64,000 bases of DNA from Eutreptiella sp. 'Long Island Sound 2002' (lineage: Eukaryota; Protista; Euglenida), in assembly GCA_964036045.1 (NCBI GenBank), contig OZ038378.1:173104001-173168000 (forward strand), written 5' to 3'. How positions within the stretch are numbered: the first letter of the stretch is position 1; each line of letters opens with the position of its first letter. The translations under genes were made by a program, and so were the position numbers. The notes under the pieces were generated by a model. It ran no database searches, was not told where the DNA came from, and saw nothing but the letters and a program-made list of their open reading frames with translations. Shown piece after piece: positions 50,633 through 61,733 of the stretch.

Positions 50633-51605
50633 ATACTTCGGAGGTCGAAGGCCTCAGGGGCCGCAATGGTCCCCCGCAGATGGAAGGTGAAGGGAGCCAA
50701 ATCCTCGCCAATCTTGCGGAAATGTCGCGGATGGCCCCGGACATATCTACACATCCGTGAGGCCCCAGACGAGCCCCCAGAAGCACCGGAACATGTGCCG
50801 GAGGCATCGGGACGTGTCCCGGTGCCTCAGGACTGCGGCCAGACACACCGTCGACACGCCGGCGACACCCCCCCCTGAGACACCTGCATTTGCCCCCCCC
50901 GTGTGACATTCCGTCTGGTTGATGTTCCTTTACGGGGCCCTGGACAGTCACCCGTTCTTCCCTTCGCATGTTGCGTCGGGTCGCTGCTTTCTGTCGGCCG
51001 CTGCGGCCCCCCCAACCCCTCACGTCCACCGACAGGCACCAAGTGTGTGACCATCCGCCAAAAACGCAGTGCAAAGAGGTCCCAGTCGTTGGACAGTGCG
51101 CTTCGAGGAACAAGACGTTTGGCCCTCCGGTCACACACATCGCCCTTTACTTGTCCCCTTGAGTGACCCAAAAGGGAGGGGGGGGGGGGGGGCACTTGTC
51201 GCAGCGCGGGCGGCCTCAGTGCAACCGCAGGGGCATCAGGGGTCGACCCGGCAGGAATGGGAAGAGCATGAAATGGTGGGGAATGATGGTGGGTTCCCAG
51301 GATCACCCAATTACCAAAAAACTCAAAAATGATTTAATTTCCAACGCCAAAAGTAATACCAAAATCCATCTTATAAATTAAATTCCATAGTACTAGAAAG
51401 AAGTTATACCTCCTTAACACATGGGTATATGCCCTCAAAAAGGTGCGCGCTGGACGCAGGTGCCCCCCCCCCCCGCCCTCAAAGCCTCCACGCACTTCTC
51501 TGCCTACAAACCCCCTGTGTTGCTCCTTTGTCCCCCGCATATGTGTTTCTGTTCAACCAGCACCGCCCAGAACGTACCTCTTGAATGACCCACTACTCTT
51601 GCAAT

Positions 51606-51834
51606 CAGGGCGGTCTTTAACGGCACGGGGGAAAGCCCTCGGCATCCGCTGTACTGAGCCCGTGCGGTTGTGAGGTAATCGACAGAAGCAGGAGGCTAAC
51701 CGACGCAGTTGAAGGGTCGACGGCAACTCGAAGACCACGGCATTTGGCAGGGCGTAGGGCAGTGGTCTTTCAGGGGGCAATCTTCGACAGAATAAAAAAC
51801 CAGCAAGAAATCGGGTCCATGAAGGACCGCCCTG
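51606..51834. mobile_element. Second CAGGGCGGTC-TIR element with different interior, no clear TSD
   Basis: CAGGGCGGTCTTTAA ... TGAAGGACCGCCCTG. Confidence 0.6.
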
Positions 51835-51925
51835 CCTCCAACATGGCCTCCCCTGCATGACGGGAGGCCATCCTTCCGATCACTTGTACCCCGAGCCCTC
51901 CGAAGCAAAAGGAGGGAAGGCGCAC

Positions 51926-52318
51926 CTCCTGTGCCACCTTCTCATCGTCCAGCAGCTTCTCCATTTCGATCTCCTCCGAGACTTTAAGGGCCTCACTGAC
52001 GGTCATGCGCTGCTGCGTCGACTGCTTCTGCACCCCCTGCAGGTGCCGCACGAACTCCTCCATCTGCTGCCCCTGGGCCGGCGCCGGCTTCTTGGGCACC
52101 TCCAACACGACCTCCTGGTCCGCCAGGGCGCCGGAGTCCAGGAACTCCTCGAAATCCGAGGAGTTGCCCTCGCCGCACAGCGCCTTGAGCACGACCTCCC
52201 GCGCCTTCTTGCGGACCTTCTCCTTGTTCTGCTCGCGGATCTTGTTCTTCAGCAGCGTCACGGCGGCTTTGTAGAGGTCCTCGCAGATGCTGTCCACGTC
52301 TCGGCCGTGATACCCGAC
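51926..52318 (-). CDS. hslU: hslU exon 2 (pore loop and I-domain)
   Basis: CCACAG|GTC ... GAG|GTGCGC; VGYHGRDVDS. Confidence 0.93.
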
Positions 52319-54284
52319 CTGTGGAGATGCGGAGCCGGGTTCCTGAGGCAGCTTGGTCCACGGGGGCGGCGCAGGAGGCCCTCCATTGGCCACCGAGCAC
52401 AACGTCCGGCAAAAGCTGCCAATTTCAGGGCGGCCCTTCGGGTTTCTTTGGCTGCACGAATCTTGAAAAACGCAAGAAAAAAGGTATGAAGATAGAAACC
52501 CTTGGCTCGTAAAGGGCAGCATAGAACCGTAGCAGGAAGACCAAACCCAACTCCCGTCCCGAGAGATACATCGCATTGCAGGTGTGACCGCACACGAATC
52601 CTTCACCGTCTCTCCGGCACGGGTCACTGCAATGGTGTCCCCGGTGCAGTCCCACCGACACGCGCGTGTCAGTGCAGCAGGAGGCGGTTCCGTCGTCGTG
52701 GTCATGGGCCCAGACGGCCCAGTGGGATAGACCCCCGACCTCCAGCATGGCGCAGGGTCATGCGGTGCGTACTCAAAGCCCTCCCGTTGTGCCCCCCCCC
52801 CCCCTTTGTAGACTATGCGATTCAGAGGGCAATCCAATACGCTTTTTGAAGCGATCTTCCCATGGCCATCTTTTTGGAGCCCCCCCCCCGTGCGCGTAGT
52901 TACCACTTGACAGCAAACCTCCCCACCTCATGTCGCCAATCAGAAGGGGCGCACCGCGTCAGGCATTTGAACAGCTTCTCCAGGAAACTACCTTTGAAGC
53001 CCTTGTAAATACTGTCCCTTGATGGAAGTTGCTGGGGGAAGAGCGATGACGGGGTGTGAGGGCCCCCTTGGGAGAGTTCACAAGCAACCAGTGCAGCAAC
53101 AGGCTGAAAGATGACAGACTATTGCACACCAATCCCTATTTTGCATGTGGCTACACTGCCCTGCTGCAGTGTCAGGTACAGTTTTGGGCAAAAGCATAGG
53201 CTCCAACAGCACGTCGCCTCTAAAGTAGCTGAAACGGTCCACGCAACACCCCCCGGTATACGCACCGCGTGTGCACCGCGTGTGCACCGCGTCTGATACT
53301 CCCCCCAGCGTAGTAATGTCCAGGTGGCTGATGTCATATCCGGAAAGGAGCCGCTATCATGGCACTCCAGTGGGGGCACAAAAAATCCACAGAGGAAAAG
53401 GTTTTGCTGATCCAGCCCACAGATTGGTGAGGCGAGGCCTCGCAGCCCAGCACCCCCACCCCACCCCAGACCGCTTCTCTCACTTTTTTGTGCACGGTCA
53501 AACACAGAAAAAGACCTGCTCTGAATATTGTCATCGACAACTCGCTGTTTTCGCCGAGAAGCGGATTTGTCGAGTTGTTGTTTTGTTTGCTTTTTCTGTG
53601 CTGCGTAGCTTGTGCCTGATAGCTCTCGCAGGACTACCCTTGAAGGAACACACAGGGAGCATATACCCAGAAGACACTGGGCGAGAACTTTGCCGCCCGA
53701 GCACTGCATGCACCTGTTGAGGCTATTTCCCCGGGAACGGCCCTTTTATTTCCCCCTAACAAAAAGATGCGCAACACACTTCCCCGTATGCACTTTCCGC
53801 GCCTACGGCGTTATCCCAGTTGCCCTGTCAATTGCGCCGCGAACCGCGGGAAGTGCCGCCCCACTGGGAGGGATCTCTGTGGGGCTTGCAGGTGAGCCAC
53901 AGAGCTGTTAAGGGGTTGGTTGAGGGCAACTGAGGAACTTCTAAAACGCAGGGACTGAGTTGCACAATGATTCCATTGCCCACCTGAAACCGAGACTGGC
54001 GCAAATCCACATTCTCAGTAACAGGTTTGTGAGCCGGTTGTAGAGGTGCTGGGTCATGCCTGCGAAGTGTTATTCCTGCTCACCACAGCATTGTGCAATC
54101 CACTTCTATTTGTTCGGATGAGATTCGTAGCGGCGCTTAGACTGGGCCATGCGAGCGCACGGGGAGTGTGCCGGCCCCAGACCATACCCAGAGCTTGGCT
54201 GTGCACGGTCCCGTCGGCCTTGTTCTCTGAACGAAGGCAAACGAGTGCAAGTGGGGGAGAGGGGGACAGGGGGAGGGCCCAAAC

Positions 54285-54704
54285 CTCCGTGAACTTTGTG
54301 CACTCCACGCGGATGAACGGCGCGTCGGTCAGCTTGGCCACCCGGCGGGCAATCTCTGTCTTGCCCACCCCCGTGGGCCCGATCATGAGGATGTTCTTGG
54401 GGTAGATCTCTTCCTTGAATTCGGAAGGGACGCGATGCCGGCGCCAGCGGTTGCGGAGGGCAATCGCGACCGAGCGCTTGGCCTCCTTCTGTCCCACGAT
54501 GAATTTGTCCAGGGCCGCCACGACGTCCTTCGGCTTCATGTCCGCGGGGTTCGTCAGCTCCTCGAAGTTGGTGGCCTCGTCCAGGATCTCGGTAGCCCCA
54601 GAAGGGGCTGGGGCTTGGGAATTAAAGCGGCAGCCACCGATGTTGTAGCGGGCCGAGAGGGACCCACGGGCGACTGCACGAGCTAACGCAGCAGCGGATC
54701 TCAT
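54285..54704 (-). CDS. hslU: hslU exon 1: ATP-dependent protease ATPase subunit HslU/ClpY, probably mitochondrial (473 aa spliced)
   Basis: Arg/Ala-rich presequence-like N-terminus. [21 protein letters not shown], Walker [17 protein letters not shown]. Donor GAG|GT at 54285/54284. Exons 420+393+276+228+105 nt join in frame. Confidence 0.95.
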
Positions 54705-56829
54705 GGTGTTCAGGGACGTAATCTTGGGTTAAAGGAAAGGCGTGAAGAACAGGGCCGTTTGTAACATGGAAAAAATCTACGATTTGCTTTAACCCCACCC
54801 TTTCGCAGCCCCCTTCCCCCCCCCGCTCCCTGGCGCAGGGAGTGACAACCCCCCAATGGGACACACTGAACCTTTATGGCAAAGAGGTGGCGAGCAGGGG
54901 CCGGGGGATCCACCGCACATGAAAACTGGTATGGAAAGCATAAATTGTGCATGGAAAACGAGACGCAAGCATCACGAAGGCACAACACGATTGCATGGCC
55001 GACGATACACCTCTTCACCACCACATGCCCTTACTTCCATGGCCAAGTACAGTGAGAACGGTTCATTAGTTCAGCTCTGAACTTTTCACACCTCGACCGC
55101 TTGACCCTGCAAATCTGAACGTGCTCACCCTTGTGCACCGGAATGCTTTGGCTGGAACCCGAGCAGATGGCCTTCTTGCAGGACATTTGGCAGCAACTGG
55201 GGTCACAAGATTCTCGGTCCACTTAGTGCTGCACCGCTGTTGATTTTTTTGTGTCCTACCCATGTCACTTTTGCACTCCGCTGGTCCCACCGCTTTTACT
55301 GCTTTTGTACCCTTTGTGTGTGCACATCTATTTGAAAGTAATTGCCAGTGCCTAGCAGTGCCTGACAGTACTCTCTCACCCTGTCACTGTGAGTCTGTCA
55401 ATAAGCACAAACCCACAAGGTTTGTTGTGCCTTGGATCGTAGCATGACATGTTGTGCAAATTTTTTCCATGTTGGTGCTGCTGTTGAATGTCCACTTGTG
55501 AATCTGGCTATTTCTAAGCCCACCACTGGATATCTGTGCAGCAGTTCGAGGTCAACGGACAGCACATTGAGGCAGACTGAGACAGACTGATACACTGATG
55601 CTGACTGAAGTACCCCCACACAGACAACCATGTCGTCATACCCTACCCCATGTTCCCACCAAGGGAGGGGGTGGGGTGTGGGGAGATATTCTCGGTCCCG
55701 ATCCCTCCGCCGCCGGCAGGCACTTCGGCAAGGTATACCATCGCCTGTCCAGCCCCAGTAACAACAACAGTTTCATCATGAATTTCCTCGCGGCGCATGC
55801 CAGGATGTGTGAGCCAGCAGAGGAGCACAGTGACCAAACCCACAGCTTGAGGGCTTGTGGGGAGTCTTGAAAACCTTGTGATTTGGCCAAACCCACATCG
55901 CCTACTGGGACACCAATCCCCACCCATCACCCCTGGTGGCACACGTGCCGTGCTAGGAGATGGACATACGGTACACACACTATAAATGCATAGGATGGGG
56001 TGCGGACACCTGATGCGCTCGCCACAAAGAGGGTTGAGTGCAGGAAAGGGCAGGTCGAAGGTTGTTATGTGCCCGGAACCCTGCAAGTGGAGAGGGTCTA
56101 TCCACAACCAGTAAAAGGTTTTCAAGCAAAGCCCCAAAGCCGCTCAAGCCGATATCAAAGCCTATCTGGGTTCCGCAGGAAGCATCAATGAGTATGCACA
56201 AAGCAGAGGTGCAATTGCTAGCACTGTGGTGGCCTGTTCTGTGTGCATTTACATTTTTGCGGTGCCTACACAGCATCAACTCATAAAAATACATCATAGC
56301 ATCCTTGACAGTCGGCGGTTCGTCAAAGCAAGATAGAAACGTATGTGTACATGTGCTGGGTGGGTGGGTGGGACGTCAGCCCACACGCTAGAAAACAAAC
56401 ACGTGTACACAAGAGCAAACTGTCAGTTTGAGTATGTCAAACTTCAGTTTTGCGGTGCATACACAAGCACAAGCTCATCAAAATACAGGGGGTTTTGCAC
56501 CAGGAATATTTGACACCAGAAAATTTTGACGCAGCTTTTTCCGCATGCATTTCTGAATTTGCTATGGTAAATTTCGCACCCACATGCTTTGAGCCTGCCT
56601 TTGGTAAGGGTACACTTACCATATTGAACTGTTTTTTTTTGGTGTGTCTAGCTTGTTTTTTATGGGAATTTTGCTAGAAACGTTGTTTTTTCATGAATGC
56701 TATCCTTGCCTTTTTGCTATCTGGTGGTTTGCTGGCAATTGCTAGTGGTTGCTGTTATTTCCTGGTGGCTTGCTGATGATTATTGGTGGTTGCTGTTACT
56801 TACGGGTGGTTGCTGTTAATTCATGATGT

Positions 56830-56925
56830 GTTGCTGTTGATTCCCAGAGGGTTGCTGTTGATTCCCAGAGGGTTGCTGTTGATTCCCAGAGGGTTGCTGT
56901 TGATTCCCAGAGGGTTGCTGTTGAT
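56830..56925. repeat. 21-bp tandem repeat GTTGCTGTTGATTCCCAGAGG, 4 copies plus partial, within a GTTGCT-rich tract
   Basis: Units at 56830, 56851, 56872 and 56893. Confidence 0.95.
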
Positions 56926-58169
56926 TCTTGGTGGCTTGCTGTTGATTGTTGGTAGTTGCTGTTACTTCCTGGTGTGAATTCCTGATGTGTTGCTGTTGGG
57001 GGGTAGCTGTTAATGCCTGGAGGGTTGCTGTTGCTGCACCGTTCAACCCCTGCAAGGCACAATACCCCAGCTGTAAATCAAGCACTTCGCCTGCAATAAA
57101 AACAGTTGAAGCACTGTTTGACACAACAGCACTCAGACCATGGAACAAAAGCTGCAATAAACAGTAGAAGAACTGGTTTCGATGACTGGGATTTAAAAAA
57201 AAAAAAAAGCAGTTGGAGTGCAGAAAAACACTTGAAGATCTGTGGGAACAGCGGCGAGAGGGTTGTACAAAATCCCTGTGATGCATATGGGAGCAGTGGC
57301 CAGGCAACTGTGACACTGCAGCGTCCCAACCACCAGCGGAAGAAACCCCAGTCATATTATGCACCCATGGAATTCGACTGTACCCCGTCTATAAATGCTC
57401 AGCGTGTCAAAGGCAACTGTACAACAAGCAATTTTGCTAAATTTCGACGCCACTTTATTTCGCAAAGTGGCCTGAAAATTGTGTGCGAAATTTCGCACGA
57501 ATTGAAATATCCCACACTCAAAAAGTCCCATCGCCAAATTCCTCCCCCGTTCCCTTTACGTCACAGCATTCCTGATGGAGTTTAAATACAGACTGGCGAT
57601 GCGCTCCACACGCTAGAAAACATATACTCTAAAAAGCAAACGGTGTATACACAAGAGCAAAACTTGTGTTTGAATGTGTCAAACTTCAGATCTGCACCCA
57701 CACATACCCAAAAGTAGGCATTATACACAGGCGTCAAGTAATCCAGGGCCCAGGACCAAACCTGTTTGGGCCCCTTTAAATTGCACAAACAGGCATATAA
57801 AATTTTATATACCCTCAGCCTGCAGTACCGACTGGACGCGCAGGGTCCTAGAAAAATCCCTTCGAAGATCCAGGGCCAAAACGACCCCTTCGCTACCCAT
57901 ATATAAAGATCCAGGGCCAAAACGGCCCCTTAAAAAATCCAGGGCCACAACGACCCCTTCGCTACCCATAAAGAATGCCCACAACAAAAACAAACACCAG
58001 ACAACCACAACACGCACACCCATACACACGTGTACAGGAATACACATACTCACTCACTCACACGACACACACACAAATGTGCAATCCTCAACCCGCGGGA
58101 AACAAATTTTTGAGAATTAAAAAAGTAACAGTCAAAGCAGGTACATCTCACAGCCACAATACACGTGTG

Positions 58170-58654
58170 TCCACGCTTGCCAGTGGCGAGCGCCTGCATG
58201 TAGCACACAAATATGGCGACCACGGCAACACGGTCGTCGCCTGCACCTTCAGCCCAGCAAACGTATCAGGATCGTCAGCAGTCCACTAGGGTCAAAGGCC
58301 TTGCTAGAGTGCGCGCTGTCGAAGCAACAGCATCAGAACAACCAGCGCAGCCAGAGTCGCAAAGATGGATTGCTCGTGCCCCGTGCCCAGGTCGCCAAGT
58401 AGCCCAACTCCTCAGAGCCGAAGGTCCGGGATCCAGCCTTGAACCACACAAGCCCCCAGTGGCCGCATCTTGCTCCAGTACGTCAAATCCGTAGTCTCCA
58501 GGCAACCCACCCTTCAAATACGAAGGCGTCCAAGGGTCGCCAGCATGGCCCAGCGGGCATGCCTGAGCTCGGCCTCACGGCACTTCGCCAGAATCGCACC
58601 CTCGTACAGTGGGCCCAAACTCGGCTTGACCCCAGACACGGCAAACGTGGTCAT
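58170..58654 (-). pseudogene. lhcb: Light-harvesting complex II (Lhcb/Lhcbm) pseudogene, frameshifted and with blocks out of order
   Basis: Fragments REAELRHARWAMLATLG, TPSYLKGGLPGDYGFD, VWFKAGS, HEQSIFATLAALVVLM, FDPSGL/ADDPDTFAGLKV and RVAVVAIF.CYMQALATGK lie in shifting frames. Confidence 0.85.
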
Positions 58655-58762
58655 TCCGGAGTCGTTGAGAATTCCGTGGCCTCGGCGCACTGTCCAAGCC
58701 CCAATCTGTTCAGCCCACACACGCGAGAAGACAAACACACTCCTGAGAAATCGTTGCGACTG

Positions 58763-60691
58763 TCACTTGCCGATGCAGAACTTGGAAAAGATGCGGTGCA
58801 GCGTGCCCTCTGTGATCTCCTCCCCCGTGATCTCTCCCAGCGTCTGGATGGCATCGCGCACATCGATGGTCCAGAAATCCCACGGCAGATCCTCCTCCGC
58901 TGTCTCGAGAACCTGGTCCAATGCCGCCACCGCACGCTTCGCGAGGTCCAGCTGCCGCCGGTTCAGCTGCGCGCGCGCGCCGGTCGTCTCGGTCGCCCCA
59001 CATGCCCGCAGCAGCGCCTCCTCAAAATCTGGGAGGCCTTGTCCGGTAGCAGCACTGATGACAACGTCGGCGGCGGCAGTGTCCACGGTGGAAACGGGGG
59101 CGACGTCCACCTTGTTGCCGACCCGCACGCGTGGCAGACCCTCAGGCACAGTGTGGGCCAGGTGGTCGTCCGAATCTTGCCAGCCTCGCTGCAGGTCAAA
59201 CACCTGCACCACCACGTCAGCCCCCTGCAGTGCCTCTTGACTGCGCACGATCCCGATCCGCTCCACCGGATCCTCCGTTTCGCGAATACCCGCGGTGTCG
59301 ATGAGGGTGACCGGCACCCCGCGCATCACTAACTCTGACTCCACCGTGTCGCGCGTGGTTCCGGGCACCTCCGTCACGATTGCGCGCTCGGCACGGCTCA
59401 GGAGGTTGAGCAGCGACGACTTGCCAACATTGGGCGGGCCTACAATGGCGACACGCAGTCCGTCCCGCAAAAGCTGCCCTTGCGCAGCGTCGTCGATGAG
59501 CACCTGCAGCTGCTTGCGGATGTCCCGCAGCGCCGCACACACGGCGCACGCGTCGAGGGGCGGGAGGTCTTCCTCGAAGTCAATCCGTGCCTCCATCTCG
59601 GCCAACTGGTCGAGGAGGGCTCCTCGAAGCTCCGAAATGGCGCGCCCCAGTCCCCCATCCAGCCCAGACAGCGCAAGCTGGACCCCCTGCCGTGATCGTG
59701 CACTCATGATGTCGGCCAGGGCCTCTGCTTGCGTCAAGTCCAGGCGGCCGTTGAGGAACGCCCGTTGGCTAAACTCGCCCGGAAGGGCCTGCCGGGCCCC
59801 CGCAGCAAGGGCCTCCTGCAGCACCTGCTGCACCACCACCAGCCCCCCATGGCAGTGGAACTCAACAACGTCCTCCGCAGTGAAGCTGCGAGGGGCCTGC
59901 ATGAACAGAAGGAGTGCCTCATCAATGATGGCCCCGGTGGCGGGCGCGATGACATGGCCGTACAATACCCGATGGCTTTCCCACTGCTGGCGCTTGCCGG
60001 CGACGCGAAACATGCGCTGACCTATGGAGACAGCGGCGGGGCCCGATACCCGAACAATGGCCACGCTGCCGCTTCCGGCGGCCACTGCGGTCGCGATGGC
60101 GGCAATCGTGTCTTCCGCTGACCCTTCAGTGCCGATGACCTGCTCCGGTGCCGCAGACATCATGGCACAGACGGAGTCAGTGCACAAGCGGGCGCCCATG
60201 CCACCTGCTTGTCGGGGGGCGCTGCGGCGCCAGGTGCGCACCACTGCAATGCACGTGGCCACCAGCCCGAGTAATGCCATCCACGTGGCTGTTGGGTGGA
60301 CGCCGAAGCGCAAAAGTGCAGCGCTGCTCTGGGGTTGTGTGGGGGCGGATGCAGCAACAGTGGACCTACCTTTTGGAATGTCTACCGTCCGTTGCTGTGC
60401 CAATGGTGCATTCTGGATCAGCGGTCCACCCCTTGTGCCCCTGGGCCACGGCCCACGAGCTTGTCTACCAGGCACCACTGACGGGGCGGTGCGGGAGCGA
60501 GGGACCGACGGCAATGAGACCAAAGTTTGAGGCACAGATTCATGAGTTGTGCCATGCCTGACCGGGAACATGAACGTTAGGGAGGCCACCAGCATTGTTC
60601 CAAGTAATGCTGACACAACGCTGCGGGTGGCATCGAATGGAGGGTGTCTGGGGAACAGGGGTGCAAATACATCCTCTTGGGAGGCATTCAT
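58763..60691 (-). CDS. mnmE: tRNA modification GTPase MnmE/TrmE with long two-TM plastid-targeting presequence, 642 aa
   Basis: IAAIATA, PRSFTAEDVVEFHCHGG, GEFSQRAFLNGRLDL, G1 GPPNVGKSS, G2 GTTRD, G3 DTAG, G4 NKVD, C-terminal FSKFCIGK. ATG at 60691 after acceptor TTTTCTAG (60727-60728). Intronless. Confidence 0.95.
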   Translation of the reverse strand: MNASQEDVFAPLFPRHPPFDATRSVVSALLGTMLVASLTFMFPVRHGTTHESVPQTLVSLPSVPRSRTAPSVVPGRQARGPWPRGTRGGPLIQNAPLAQQRTVDIPKGRSTVAASAPTQPQSSAALLRFGVHPTATWMALLGLVATCIAVVRTWRRSAPRQAGGMGARLCTDSVCAMMSAAPEQVIGTEGSAEDTIAAIATAVAAGSGSVAIVRVSGPAAVSIGQRMFRVAGKRQQWESHRVLYGHVIAPATGAIIDEALLLFMQAPRSFTAEDVVEFHCHGGLVVVQQVLQEALAAGARQALPGEFSQRAFLNGRLDLTQAEALADIMSARSRQGVQLALSGLDGGLGRAISELRGALLDQLAEMEARIDFEEDLPPLDACAVCAALRDIRKQLQVLIDDAAQGQLLRDGLRVAIVGPPNVGKSSLLNLLSRAERAIVTEVPGTTRDTVESELVMRGVPVTLIDTAGIRETEDPVERIGIVRSQEALQGADVVVQVFDLQRGWQDSDDHLAHTVPEGLPRVRVGNKVDVAPVSTVDTAAADVVISAATGQGLPDFEEALLRACGATETTGARAQLNRRQLDLAKRAVAALDQVLETAEEDLPWDFWTIDVRDAIQTLGEITGEEITEGTLHRIFSKFCIGK

Positions 60692-61035
60692 GATGCAAGT
60701 TGCGAGCAAAGGCGTCAGCCCATACGCTAGAAAACAAACACACTGTAAGACAAACGTTGTGTACACAAGAGCAAAAAACTTCAGCTTGAGTGCATCAAAC
60801 TTCAGATTGACATGTGCTGGCGGATGCTCCAAAATCGATGCACTACCTCTGTCCCTTCTTCATCTTGGAGCGATACACACCTCTTTGGCGACAAATGGTT
60901 TAACGTACGCTGCAGCGCGTTCCTGGCCCGTGTATCAGGTTTGGACACCCGTTTCCCTTGTCCTTCGGCATGCCTTTGTCCTCGCTTTAGGACTGTCTTT
61001 GCATGGAGGCTCTCCCCTTCCGACGGTTCCTGGTA

Positions 61036-61733
61036 CCCCCCCCCCCCCCCTTGTCGTTCCCCATCCCAGGGAAGACGGTCCCCCACCACCCCCTGGGGGA
61101 CGGTCACCAAGTGACGGTCCCCCACCCCCCCCTGGGGGACCGCACTACCACCGTAAAGAATTCAGCATAAGATACATTCAAAGGGCTGCCAATGTACGGA
61201 GACCTACTCCTTGACCGGCTCGGTGTAAAATTTCTTGTTCCTGCTCCACTTCACCTTGAAATCTTGCACATGTTCTCCACTTTCCACTGGAATGCTTTGG
61301 GCAGCACTCTTGGGTGGTGGTTTTGCCTTCTTGGTAGGAGGCTTGGCAGGCGCAAGCAGATTTTTGGGAACCCATTTCCCTCCGGGAATGTCCCTTGTAA
61401 AATACAACTTGTTCCCAAAACTGTGTCCCATACCCCATACACCACGGGCACTCTTCACCCACACAACCTCCGTGTCAGAATTCAGGTCACTATCATCATC
61501 CGTCACATTTGTCCGAGAGGGAAACATGGTTGTGCTGTCAAGTTCCATTTCAGCGAAAGTAAGTAAAATGTCCCGCCATGAGTGCAAGGGATACAAGTGG
61601 CAGTGCCCCACAACACAGTCACTCACACAACAACACAATGAGCCGCAACAAAAAATTTTGGGTTGACCAAGTGACGCCCCCCCCCCCCCCCCCTGGGGAA
61701 CGACAAGGGGTGGGGAACGACAAGGGGGGGGGG
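61036..61733 (-). mobile_element. TA-flanked TIR element (CCCTTGTCGTTCCCC family), copy B
   Basis: TA at 61034-35 and 61734-35. Same TIRs and subterminal motifs as 32656-33181. Minus ORF MELDSTTMFPSRTNVTDDDSDL...KLYFTRDIPGGKW... Confidence 0.85.

Larger units (their letters stand above)
56374..60805 (-). repeat. Dispersed repeat of about 30-90 bp, 4 same-orientation copies (56374-56447, 57606-57689, 58710-58740, 60713-60805), carrying a TGTTTTCTAG acceptor-like site
   Basis: Plus-strand core TCAGCCCAYACGCTAGAAAACAAACAC...GTACACAAGAGCAAA...TCAAACTTCAG. Confidence 0.8.

Noticed and set aside
56816-57364. ORF ending in NQQQPSG repeats
   Set aside because: It is explained by the 21-bp tandem repeat, and the rest lacks coding features.
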